Shown here in pieces: positions 17,588 through 26,476 of a stretch of DNA of 32,000 bases. This stretch comes from Streptomyces phaeofaciens (GTDB lineage: Bacteria > Actinomycetota > Actinomycetes > Streptomycetales > Streptomycetaceae). Where the stretch lies: the NCBI RefSeq assembly GCF_014648915.1, contig NZ_BMSA01000020.1, positions 26,850-58,849 on the forward strand, read 5' to 3'. The number at the start of each line of letters is the position of its first letter. Position 1 is the stretch's first letter. The position numbers were made by a program, and so were the translations under genes. The notes below the pieces were generated by a model. It searched no databases, had not been told where the DNA came from, and saw nothing but the letters and a program-made list of their open reading frames with translations.

Positions 17588-20500
17588 GTGGGAATCGGCG
17601 ACTTCATCAGTGACATCACGCCCGACTCGGTCGAGGACGCGGTCGAGGACGGTGTGGAGTGGGTCGGCAACCGGGTCGAGGACGCCGGGAACTGGACCGC
17701 GGACCGGCTGGACGACGCCGGCTGGGAGTCCGGCGCGGACTGGGTGCGCGAGCAGTCCCGTTCGGTCGCCAACCGGCTGGGCGCCGAGGTCGACGAGATG
17801 GACCTCGGGCAGACCGAGGACAAGACCAAGCTGATCTACGGCAGCGCGGACAAGATCCGCTCCACCGCCGAGAAACTCCGCGGCTTCCAGACGGCCTTCG
17901 ACAGCGCCGGCGAGGGCCTCAAGGGCCTGGACTCCTCCCGCCTCAAGGGCGAGACGGCCGGAGCGGTGCGCACCGCGGTGAGCACCCAGCCGCCCAAGTG
18001 GTTCACCGGCGCAGACGCCTGCACGAAGGCGGCCGCCGCGCTGGAGGCGTTCGCCGGCACCGTCACCTGGGCGCAGGGACAGGCGCAGACGGCGATCGAC
18101 CAGTGGAAGAAGGGCGTCAAGGCCTCCGAGGACGCCGCCGACGCCCACCGCAAGAAGGTCGACGACTACAACAGCGCCGTCGACCGCTACAACGCCCAGC
18201 CCTCCGACAAACGCGACCCGGCCACCCTGCCTCCCAAGCCCGCCGCGACGTTCGACGATCCGGGCAAGAAGCTGATGCAGGACGCCCAGGACCTCCTCGC
18301 CGAGGCCCGAAAGCAGCGCAACTCGACGGCGGAGACCGCGCGTACGGCCGTCGCCGCCGCCCGCGACATGGCCCCGAAGAAGCCGGACTACGCCGATCAA
18401 CTGGGCGACGGCTTCGCAGAGTTGCAGATCATGGGCGACCATGTCGGCGGCGGCATCATCAAGGGCACGGCCGGCATCCTGAACTTCGTCCGCAGCGTGA
18501 ACCCGATGGACCCGTACAACATCACGCATCCGGCCGAGTACGCCACGTCGCTGAACAGCCTGGCCGCGGGTCTGGTGGTCGCCGCCAACGACCCGGTCGG
18601 CACCGGCAAGCAGATGATCGGCGACTTCATGAAGGACCCGGCGGAGGGCTTCGGCCGGCTGATCCCCGACCTGGCACTGACGGCCGCCACCGGAGGCGGC
18701 GGCGCCGCCGTGAAGGGCGTGCGCATCGCCGAGGAGGCCGCCGACGCCGCACGGCTGCGCAGACTGCTCGACGACGCCCCGGACGGCACCCACCGTCGGC
18801 CGGACGGTGAGCGCGTCACCGACGGCACGGACCCGGTGGACCTCGCCTCGGGCCGGATGTACCTGCCCCAGACCGACCTCGCGGTCCCGGGCGTCCTGCC
18901 CCTGGTGTTCACCCGCCGCACCGAGTCGGGCTGCACGGCCGGCCGTTTCCTCGGCGTCTCCTGGACCTCCACGGTCGACGAGCGGCTGGAGATCGACGCC
19001 ATCGGCGTCGTCCACGTCACCGCCGACGGTCTGCTCGTCCCCTACCCGCACCCGGTCCCCGGCCTGCCCACCCGGCCGCAGTCGGGCCGCTCCCGCACGC
19101 TCCTCTCCCGGGACGCGGACGGCGACTTCACCCTCACCGACCCCGACACCGGCCTGACCCGCCACTTCACCGCCCCGCCCGGAGGCGAGCCGGGCGGCGA
19201 CGGCACGGCCTGGCTGTCCACCGTCGCCGAGCCCAACGGCCACACCCTCACCGTCGACCGCGGCGAGGACGGCCTGCCGCTGGCGCTCGTCCACTCGGCG
19301 GGCCACCGGGTGACACTGACCACGGCCGAAGGCCTGGTCACCGCCCTGTCCCTGGCCGGCGCGGGCGAGAACGGCGCGGACCTGCCCCTGATGCACTACG
19401 GCTACCAGGACGGCGACCTCACCACGGTCACCAAGCCGTCCGGTGCCGTCACCACCTTCCTCTACGACGACCGCCACCGCGTCATCGCCTGGATCGACTC
19501 CAACGGAAGCCGCTACGACTACGTCTACGACGACCGCGACCGCGTCGTCGCCGAGGGCGGCGAAGCCGGCCACATCCAGATCACCCTCGCCTACACCGAA
19601 CCCGACCCCGAGACGGGTCACCGCGTCACCACGCTGACCACCGCCGAGGGGCACAGCACCCGCCATCTCATCGGCCCCGGCTGCCGCGTCCTGGCCACCA
19701 CGGATCCGCTCGGTCACACCACCCGGTTCACCTACGACACCCGCGGGAACCTCCTCACCCGCACCGACCCGCTCGGCCGCACCACCACCCACACCTACGA
19801 CGAGAACGACCGTATGGTCGCGGTGCTCCGCCCGGACGGCAGCCGGCTCGCCATGAAACCGGGCCCGTTCGGGAGGTACACGGACCTCCACGCCCCGGAC
19901 GGCAGCCGCTGGCTCCAGAGCTTCGACGAGCGCGGCAACCGGGTGACGGTCACCGATCCGGCCGGCCACACGGTCCGGTACGCCTACGACGCCCGGGGAT
20001 GCCTGACCTCGATCACCGACGCGCTGGGAGCCGTCACCACGGTCCGCTGCGACGCCATGGGCCGGCCCGAACAGGTCGTCGACCCGGCCGGCGGGACCAC
20101 TCTGCTCCAGCGCGACGCCCTCGGAAACACCCACCACGTCACCGACCCCACGGGCGGCGTCACGCGTCTCGAGTGGGACGCGGACGGCCATCTGGTCCGC
20201 CGCGAGGCGCCGGACGGCGTCACCGAGTCGTGGACCTACGACGGCGAGGGCAACCGCCTCACCCACACCGACCCGGTCGGCGGGGTGTCCCGCTTCGAAT
20301 ACACCCACTTCGACCTGGTGGCGGCGCGCGTCCAGCCGAACGGGAGCCGGTACGAATTCGGGTACGACGCCTCGCTGCGGCTCGTCCGGGTCACCGACCC
20401 GCAGGGCGCGCGATGGACCTACGCGTACGACGCGGCCGGCCGCACGGTGTCGGAGACCGACTTCGACGGCCGCACCCTCCGCTACCGCCTCGACGCCGCC

Positions 20501-22363
20501 GGACAGCTCGTCTCCCGAACCGACGCGCTCGGCCACGTCATCTCCTTCGAGCGGGACCAGCTCGGCCAGGTGATCCGGAAGGACGCCGACGGCCAGGTGA
20601 CCACCTACGGCTACGACCGGGCCGGACGTCTCCTCCAGGCGTCCGGCCCGGACAGCGAGCTGCTCTACACCTACGACCGCCGGGGACGGGTCAAGTCCGA
20701 ACTCGTCGACGGCCGCGTCATGAGCTACGCGTACAACGCCGCGGGCCGCCGCATCCGCCGCATCACCCCCACCGGCCACGTGACCACGTACGCCTACGAC
20801 GCCAGTGGCCGTCCCGAGCGCCTGACCTCCGGAGGGTCCCCGGTCGTCTTCGCCCATGACGTCGCGGGTCGTGAGACGGCCCGTGTCTTCGCGGACTTCA
20901 CCGACCCTCTCACCGTCACCTCGGCCTGGGACGAGGCCGGCCGGCTCTCCGCCAGCCACCTGACCGCCGGCGGCCGCACCCTCAACAGCCGTGCCTACTC
21001 CTACCGCCCGGACGGCCACCTCAGCTCGGTCAGCGACCTCTTGTCGGGCACCCGCACCTTCGACCTGGACGCGGTCGGCCACGTCACCGCCGTCCACGCG
21101 CAGGGGTGGACCGAGCGGTACGCCTACGACGCGAGCGGCAACCTGACCGAGGCGTCCTGGCCCGCCTCCCACCCCGGCAACGAAGCCACAGGACCGCGGA
21201 CCTACGCCGGCACGGCGATCACCCGCGCCGGAGCGGTCCGCTTCGAACACGACGCCCTCGGCCGCATCACCCTGCGGCAGAAGACCCGCCTGTCCCGCCG
21301 ACCCGACACCTGGCGCTACGCGTGGGACGCCGAGAACCGGCTCACCTCGGTGATCACCCCGGACGGCGCCCGTTGGCGCTACCGCTACGATCCGCTGGGC
21401 CGCCGCGTCGCCAAGCAGCGTCTGGCGGACGACGAGACCGTGGTGGAGGAGACCCGGTTCGCATGGGACGGCATGACCCTCTGCGAACAGACCGTTCACC
21501 ACCCGGACCTGCCCAGCGCGGTCGCCCTCACCTGGGACCACCGGTCCGGCGTCCCCCTCTCGCAGACCGAACGCCTCCTCACGGCGGACACCCGGCAGGA
21601 GGAGGTGGACCGGCGCTTCTTCGCCATCGCCACCGACCTCGTCGGAACCCCCACCGAGCTGATCGGCCAGGACGGCGACATCGCCTGGCGCTCCCGCGCC
21701 ACCCTCTGGGGCACCACCGCCTGGAGCAGCTCCAGCACCGCCTACACCCCGCTCCGCTTCCCCGGTCAGTACTACGACCCGGAAACCGGCCTGCACTACA
21801 ACCTGTTCCGCCACTACGACCCGGAAACGGCGCGCTACCTCACCCCCGACCCCCTCGGGCTCGCTCCCGCGCCCAATCCCGTCGCCTACGTCCACAACCC
21901 CCACACCTGGTCCGACCCCCTCGGACTCAGCCCGTATCCGCGTGGCGAGAAGGGCAACCCCTTCGACAACCGCGCGGATGCGGAAAAGGCGGCGTTCGAC
22001 CTCGCCGGTGTTCGTCACGGCGAGGAACCCATCGCCGAGTGGGTGGTCACCGGGGACAAGCAGCTGAAGCACGTGCCGGGTTACGTCTATTCACCCGACC
22101 CGGCGCACTGGGGCAATTTCCGGCAGTTCGAAACCGAGAGCGGCTCGCGTGTGGTCGTCGAGCACACCCACGACCCGGCGGGCCCGCACTTCCATGCCGG
22201 AAAACCGAAGATCGACGACACCCGAGAGCTCGTCAACTTCGGCTGGGACAACGCGAGAGTGCAGCGTCCCGACGGCAGCCTCGGCTATCCGGAGTCCATG
22301 GAGCGGTATGCCAAGATAAACAAGGAGGGTGGCGATCATCACCTGTTCTACGAAGGCAACTGA
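17588..22363 (+). CDS. Rhs/YD-repeat polymorphic toxin with helical T7SS/LXG-like N-terminal domain and variable C-terminal toxin domain
   Basis: 1591 aa with a GTG start after gggggga. No Sec signal and no PAAR domain. The helical N-terminus contains VTWAQGQAQTAIDQWKKG, and DPVDLASGRMYLPQTDL lies at about aa 415. There are dozens of YD repeats, for example FTYDTRGNLLTRTDPLGRTTTHTYDENDRMV. The Rhs core end reads PLRFPGQYYDPETGLHYNLFRHYDPETARYLTPDPLGL...WSDPLGL, followed by a 144-aa tip. Confidence 0.95.
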   Translation: MGIGDFISDITPDSVEDAVEDGVEWVGNRVEDAGNWTADRLDDAGWESGADWVREQSRSVANRLGAEVDEMDLGQTEDKTKLIYGSADKIRSTAEKLRGFQTAFDSAGEGLKGLDSSRLKGETAGAVRTAVSTQPPKWFTGADACTKAAAALEAFAGTVTWAQGQAQTAIDQWKKGVKASEDAADAHRKKVDDYNSAVDRYNAQPSDKRDPATLPPKPAATFDDPGKKLMQDAQDLLAEARKQRNSTAETARTAVAAARDMAPKKPDYADQLGDGFAELQIMGDHVGGGIIKGTAGILNFVRSVNPMDPYNITHPAEYATSLNSLAAGLVVAANDPVGTGKQMIGDFMKDPAEGFGRLIPDLALTAATGGGGAAVKGVRIAEEAADAARLRRLLDDAPDGTHRRPDGERVTDGTDPVDLASGRMYLPQTDLAVPGVLPLVFTRRTESGCTAGRFLGVSWTSTVDERLEIDAIGVVHVTADGLLVPYPHPVPGLPTRPQSGRSRTLLSRDADGDFTLTDPDTGLTRHFTAPPGGEPGGDGTAWLSTVAEPNGHTLTVDRGEDGLPLALVHSAGHRVTLTTAEGLVTALSLAGAGENGADLPLMHYGYQDGDLTTVTKPSGAVTTFLYDDRHRVIAWIDSNGSRYDYVYDDRDRVVAEGGEAGHIQITLAYTEPDPETGHRVTTLTTAEGHSTRHLIGPGCRVLATTDPLGHTTRFTYDTRGNLLTRTDPLGRTTTHTYDENDRMVAVLRPDGSRLAMKPGPFGRYTDLHAPDGSRWLQSFDERGNRVTVTDPAGHTVRYAYDARGCLTSITDALGAVTTVRCDAMGRPEQVVDPAGGTTLLQRDALGNTHHVTDPTGGVTRLEWDADGHLVRREAPDGVTESWTYDGEGNRLTHTDPVGGVSRFEYTHFDLVAARVQPNGSRYEFGYDASLRLVRVTDPQGARWTYAYDAAGRTVSETDFDGRTLRYRLDAAGQLVSRTDALGHVISFERDQLGQVIRKDADGQVTTYGYDRAGRLLQASGPDSELLYTYDRRGRVKSELVDGRVMSYAYNAAGRRIRRITPTGHVTTYAYDASGRPERLTSGGSPVVFAHDVAGRETARVFADFTDPLTVTSAWDEAGRLSASHLTAGGRTLNSRAYSYRPDGHLSSVSDLLSGTRTFDLDAVGHVTAVHAQGWTERYAYDASGNLTEASWPASHPGNEATGPRTYAGTAITRAGAVRFEHDALGRITLRQKTRLSRRPDTWRYAWDAENRLTSVITPDGARWRYRYDPLGRRVAKQRLADDETVVEETRFAWDGMTLCEQTVHHPDLPSAVALTWDHRSGVPLSQTERLLTADTRQEEVDRRFFAIATDLVGTPTELIGQDGDIAWRSRATLWGTTAWSSSSTAYTPLRFPGQYYDPETGLHYNLFRHYDPETARYLTPDPLGLAPAPNPVAYVHNPHTWSDPLGLSPYPRGEKGNPFDNRADAEKAAFDLAGVRHGEEPIAEWVVTGDKQLKHVPGYVYSPDPAHWGNFRQFETESGSRVVVEHTHDPAGPHFHAGKPKIDDTRELVNFGWDNARVQRPDGSLGYPESMERYAKINKEGGDHHLFYEGN

Positions 22364-22395
22364 ACACCGTAGGGACCGATGAGGGGCCAGACATC

Positions 22396-22836
22396 ATGAA
22401 CGACCGGCAGGCACCGGAGTGGCGCGACACCCTTCGGCGCTGCGGACTCGTCGAGGTGACGGGGGAGACGGCGCCCGACGGCCCGCCGGTGAACGCCGCC
22501 ATCCACGCGGTCAGCGGATTCGAGGTGGAGCCGGTCGCCACCGTCCCCGCGTCCACCCCCCACGCCGCCGACGAGCTGGACGAGACGTGGCACCACCACG
22601 CCGTACAGGCGTCGCTGTACGGGGAGGGCGGCGATTTCCTCATCCTCCCGCCGGTACCCGGCGGGAGCAGGATCGGCTGGGTGCGGGTGAAGGACCCGCT
22701 CGGCAAGAACCTCCCGTCCCGCATTTCCGGCGTGACGGGTTCCCCCGAGTTCGTGGCCGTCTCGGTCGACGGCCGCCACCTGTGTGCCGCCTCGGTCGAG
22801 GAATCCGACTACTGGGTGGTCGTGCACGAATTCTGA
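22396..22836 (+). CDS. Putative cognate immunity protein (146 aa, cytosolic)
   Basis: ATG lies 32 nt after the Rhs stop and is preceded by gaggggc. It sits in-frame at the tail of track ORF 21106..22836. The protein begins MNDRQAPEWRDTLRRCGLVEV. No TM segment or signal peptide, and no family recognised. The call rests on position. Confidence 0.7.
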   Translation: MNDRQAPEWRDTLRRCGLVEVTGETAPDGPPVNAAIHAVSGFEVEPVATVPASTPHAADELDETWHHHAVQASLYGEGGDFLILPPVPGGSRIGWVRVKDPLGKNLPSRISGVTGSPEFVAVSVDGRHLCAASVEESDYWVVVHEF

Positions 22837-22868
22837 GGTCGCACGATCCTCATGGACGACGACCTGGC

Positions 22869-22892
22869 GGGCGGTGGAACGGGCCACCGCCC
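22869..22892. terminator. 9-bp GC hairpin between convergent immunity and methyltransferase genes
   Basis: gggcggtgg-aacggg-ccaccgccc. Confidence 0.4.
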
Positions 22893-22911
22893 CCGGCCGG
22901 AGAGCCGCGGG

Positions 22912-24240
22912 TCAGATCCCCTTCGCCACCGGCTCCAGAATCGCCACGCACTCCACGTGATGCGTCATCGGGAACAGATCGAACGCCCGCAGCGTCCGCA
23001 CCCGGTACCCCCCGTCCCGGAAGTACCCCAGATCCCGCGCCAACGCAGCCGGATCACACGCCACATAGGCGATCTTCCGCGCACCGAGCGACGTCAGTTG
23101 CTCGACCGTCTTCTTGCCGGCCCCCGCGCGCGGCGGGTCGAGGACGATCAGGTCGACCTCCGTGATGCCGGTGCGCGGGAGGACGCTCTCCACCTTGCCC
23201 TGCTCGATCCGGACGCGGTCGAAGCCGGCGAGGTTGTGCCGGGCGTCCTCGACGGCGCGCTTACCGGACTCGATGCCGAGGACCGCGCCCTTGTCGCCGA
23301 GGCGGTCGGCGAGGGCCCCCGCGAAGAGGCCGACGCCGCAGTACAGGTCGAGCGCCATGTCGCCCTTGCGCGGCAGCAGGCCCTGCATGACGGCCTTGAC
23401 CAGGGTGTCGGCGGCCATCGGGTGGACCTGCCAGAAACCGCCGCTGCCGACGCGGTGCGTACGGCCGTCGGCCCGCTCGCGCACGAAGGCGCGGCCGTGG
23501 ACGCGGTGGATGCCGCCGTCCTTCTCCTCGACGCGCATCACGGAGACCGGCTTGTCGAGTTCGACGAGGGGCAGGCGGGCGCCGGGCCGCGGCTCGAGGA
23601 TCACCATGCGGTCCTGGGAGCCCGTCGCGGCGATCGCCTCGACGGAGGCCATGCCGGACCAGTCACGGTTCTCGATACCGAGCTCGCTGACGCCGGGTGC
23701 CGCGATCATGCAGTGCTCGATCGGCTCGACCTCGTGCGAGCGGTGGCGGCGCAGCCCCGCGTTGCCGTCCGGGTCGACCGCGTACTGCACGCGCGTGCGC
23801 CACTGCGGTACCTCGCCGGCCGGCAGCTTGTCGCCCTCGGCCGGCATCACGGTGCCGTCCCAGCCGGCCTCCTCGGGGGTGAGCCCGGCGAGCCGCTGGA
23901 GCTGTTCGGCGATCACCTCGCCCTTGAGCCGGCGCTGGGCGCCGGGCTTGGCGTGCTGCCAGTCGCAGCCGCCGCAGCGGCCGGGGCCGGCGTAGGGGCA
24001 GGGGGCCTCGACCCGGTCCTTGGACGCGTCCAGGATCTGTACGGCGTCGGCGCGCAGGAAGCGCGCGCCCTCCTCGCCGTCCGTCACCCGGGCCACGACC
24101 CGCTCGCCCGGCAGCGCGTGCCGGACGAACAGCACCTGGCCGGAGTCGGTGCGGGCGATGCAGTGGCCGCCGTGGGCGACGGGGCCGATCTCGACCTCGT
24201 ACTCCGTCCCCACCAGCGTTTTCTTCGGTTCTTCCTGCAT
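22912..24240 (-). CDS. TRAM-domain class I SAM-dependent RNA (uracil-5) methyltransferase, RlmD/RumA-like (Rv2689c-like)
   Basis: Track ORF 22912..24291, trimmed to the ATG at 24240. The TRAM region reads EVEIGPVAHGGHCIARTDSGQVLFVRHALPGERV. The Fe-S Cys cluster is CPYAGPGRCGGCDWQH. SAM motifs are LDLYCGVGLF and DLIVLDPPRAG, and the catalytic region is IAYVACDP. Confidence 0.9.
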   Translation of the reverse strand: MQEEPKKTLVGTEYEVEIGPVAHGGHCIARTDSGQVLFVRHALPGERVVARVTDGEEGARFLRADAVQILDASKDRVEAPCPYAGPGRCGGCDWQHAKPGAQRRLKGEVIAEQLQRLAGLTPEEAGWDGTVMPAEGDKLPAGEVPQWRTRVQYAVDPDGNAGLRRHRSHEVEPIEHCMIAAPGVSELGIENRDWSGMASVEAIAATGSQDRMVILEPRPGARLPLVELDKPVSVMRVEEKDGGIHRVHGRAFVRERADGRTHRVGSGGFWQVHPMAADTLVKAVMQGLLPRKGDMALDLYCGVGLFAGALADRLGDKGAVLGIESGKRAVEDARHNLAGFDRVRIEQGKVESVLPRTGITEVDLIVLDPPRAGAGKKTVEQLTSLGARKIAYVACDPAALARDLGYFRDGGYRVRTLRAFDLFPMTHHVECVAILEPVAKGI

Positions 24241-24331
24241 GGCGGGGTGACTCCAGTGACGAGAAAGGGAAACGGCCGGACAACAGCCCACCAGTCTACG
24301 TGGGTGCCGTCCGGCCGTTGACCAGAGAGCC

Positions 24332-26476
24332 TCAGCCCTTGGTGCCCGAGGACTTGCCGGACGAGCCGGTGGAGCCGGACGAGCCCGCCGACTTGCCGGA
24401 CGCGCTGTCCGACGCCTCCTTCGGCCGCGCCGCCTCCGCCGGACCGCGCCGCACCGCGCCCGGCGCGTTCCACTCGGACCGCTTGCGGGCGCGCATGCGG
24501 GCCGCTTCGGAGGATTCGAGCTGGTAGGGGACGGAGGTGACCATGATGCCCGGGGTGAACAGCAGCCGGCCCTTGAGCCGCAGCGCGCTCTGGTTGTGCA
24601 GCAGGTGCTCGTACCAGTGGCCGACCACGTACTCGGGGATGATCACGGACACCGCGTCGCGCGGTGACTCCTTGCGCAGGCTCTTGACGTACTCGATGAT
24701 CGGCCTGGTGATCTCGCGGTAGGGCGAGTCGAGGACCTTCAGCGGTACGTCGATGCCGCGCCGTTCCCACTCCTCGCGCAGCGCCTTCGTCTCGGCCGGG
24801 TCGACGTTGACGGTGAGTGCCTCCAGGGTGTCGGAGCGCATCAGCTTGGCGTAGGCGAGGGCGCGCAGCGTCGGGCGGTGGATCTTGGAGATCAGCACGA
24901 CCGAGTGCACGCGGGAGGGCCGTACGCTGTCGTCGCTGGGGCCCTCGGGCGCCGCGATCTCCTCGGCCACCCGGTCGTAGTGCTTACGGATCGCGGTCAT
25001 CGTCGCGTAGAAGATCACCATGCCGAGCAGGGCGACCCAGGCGCCGTGGGTGAACTTGGTGAGCAGGACGACGACCAGGACCAGGCCGGTGAAGAAGGCA
25101 CCGAAGGTGTTGATCGCGCGCGAGCGGACCATGTGGCGGCGCTTGGCCGGGTCGGTCTCGGTGGCCAGATGGCGGTTCCAGTGGCGGACCATGCCGGTCT
25201 GGCTGAGCGTGAACGACACGAACACACCGACGATGTACAGCTGGATCAGACGCGTGGAGTCGGCGCCGTAGATCACCAGCAGCAGGCTGGCCGCCCCGGC
25301 CAGGAGCACGATGCCGTTGGAGAAGGCGAGGCGGTCGCCGCGGGTGTGCAGCTGGCGGGGCAGGTAGCGGTCCTGGGCGAGGATCGAGCCGAGCACCGGG
25401 AAGCCGTTGTAGGCGGTGTTGGCGGCCAGGAACAGCACCAGGGCCGTGGCGGCCGCGAGCACGACGAAGAAGAAGCTGCCCTTGCCGAAGACGGCCTCGG
25501 CGACCTGGGTGATCACCGGGTTCTGGACGTAGTCGGCGCCGACCGCGACACCGTTGTGCAGCAGGTCGACGGCCGGGTTCTCGGCCATGCGGACATCGGT
25601 GAACAGGGCCAGCACGATGATGCCGCAGAACATGGTGACGGCCAGCAGGCCCATCGCCGCGAGCGTGGTCGCCGCGTTCTTCGACTTCGGCCTGCGGAAC
25701 GCCGGGACGCCGTTGGAGATCGCCTCGACACCGGTGAGCGCCGCACAGCCGGAGGAGAAGGCACGCAGCATCAGGAAGAGCAGCGCGAATCCGGCCAGGC
25801 CCTGGTGCTCGGCCTTGATCGTGTAGTCGGCCGTCGGCGCCCGCAGGTCGTCACCGAGGACCAGCCCCCGGAACGCACCCCAGGCGATCATGATGAAGAC
25901 GCCCGCGACGAACACATAGGTCGGGATCGCGAACAGCTTTCCGGACTCCTTGACGCCGCGCAGGTTCATCAGCGTCAGCAGCACGACCACGGCGACCGCG
26001 CAGGCCACCTTGTGCTCGACGACGAACGGGACCGCGGAGCCGAGGTTCTCGATGCCCGAGGCGATGGAGACGGCCACGGTCAGGACGTAGTCGACGAGCA
26101 GGGCGCTCGCCACGGTCAGGCCGGCCCGGGCACCGAGGTTGGTGGTGGCGACCTCGTAGTCACCACCGCCACTGGGGTAGGCGTGGACGTTCTGCCGGTA
26201 GGAGGCGACCACCGTGAACATCAGTACGACGACCGCGAGGGCGATCCACGGGCTGTAGTGGTAGGCCGACACACCCGCGATGGAGAGGACCAGCAGCACC
26301 TCCCCGGGCGCGTAGGCCACGGAGGACAGCGGGTCGGAAGCGAAGACGGGCAGGGCGATGCGCTTCGGCAGGAGGGTTTCCCCCAGCCGATCACTGCGCA
26401 GTGCGCGCCCGATCAGAATCCGTTTGGGCACGTCGGTCAGTTTGGACACAACAGAGGATCGTAAGCCTTCGAACAC
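24332..26476 (-). CDS. APC-superfamily permease with about 200-aa C-terminal cytosolic domain; KimA-like putative K+ transporter (Rv2690c-like)
   Basis: Contains KRILIGRALRS...LPVFASDPLSSVAYAPGEVL...SYRQNVHAYPSGGGDYEV...LLVDYVLTVAVSIASG...RAFSSGCAALTGVEAISNGVPAF...RGDRLAFSNGI...FTLSQTGM. The C-terminus reads HNQSALRLKGRLLF. By my recollection this pattern matches B. subtilis KimA. The start is ambiguous: GTG at 26449, 26476 or 26488. Confidence 0.85.
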   Translation of the reverse strand: MFEGLRSSVVSKLTDVPKRILIGRALRSDRLGETLLPKRIALPVFASDPLSSVAYAPGEVLLVLSIAGVSAYHYSPWIALAVVVLMFTVVASYRQNVHAYPSGGGDYEVATTNLGARAGLTVASALLVDYVLTVAVSIASGIENLGSAVPFVVEHKVACAVAVVVLLTLMNLRGVKESGKLFAIPTYVFVAGVFIMIAWGAFRGLVLGDDLRAPTADYTIKAEHQGLAGFALLFLMLRAFSSGCAALTGVEAISNGVPAFRRPKSKNAATTLAAMGLLAVTMFCGIIVLALFTDVRMAENPAVDLLHNGVAVGADYVQNPVITQVAEAVFGKGSFFFVVLAAATALVLFLAANTAYNGFPVLGSILAQDRYLPRQLHTRGDRLAFSNGIVLLAGAASLLLVIYGADSTRLIQLYIVGVFVSFTLSQTGMVRHWNRHLATETDPAKRRHMVRSRAINTFGAFFTGLVLVVVLLTKFTHGAWVALLGMVIFYATMTAIRKHYDRVAEEIAAPEGPSDDSVRPSRVHSVVLISKIHRPTLRALAYAKLMRSDTLEALTVNVDPAETKALREEWERRGIDVPLKVLDSPYREITRPIIEYVKSLRKESPRDAVSVIIPEYVVGHWYEHLLHNQSALRLKGRLLFTPGIMVTSVPYQLESSEAARMRARKRSEWNAPGAVRRGPAEAARPKEASDSASGKSAGSSGSTGSSGKSSGTKG

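Noticed and set aside
17444-22072. 1542-aa ORF on the minus strand
   Set aside because: It is exactly antisense to the Rhs gene. The translation is low-complexity G/V/A/R/D-rich (GVGGAGAAPGGGAPEGGAGAPG...) with no motifs. This is the classic shadow ORF of high-GC DNA, whereas the plus-strand frame has unmistakable YD-repeat and Rhs-core motifs.
21106-22395. Upstream 430 codons of the 576-aa plus-strand ORF 21106..22836
   Set aside because: It is out of frame inside the Rhs gene and R/P/G-rich. Only the segment from the ATG at 22396, after the Rhs stop and with its own RBS, is credible as a gene.
16342-22894. Shared 11-mer ccaccgccccc at both edges of the Rhs locus (16342-16352 and 22884-22894) as possible att or target-site duplication
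   Set aside because: It is only 11 bp and made of the most common nucleotides in this genome, so a chance match is plausible. The right copy is simply one arm of the terminator hairpin. No integrase or tRNA lies nearby.
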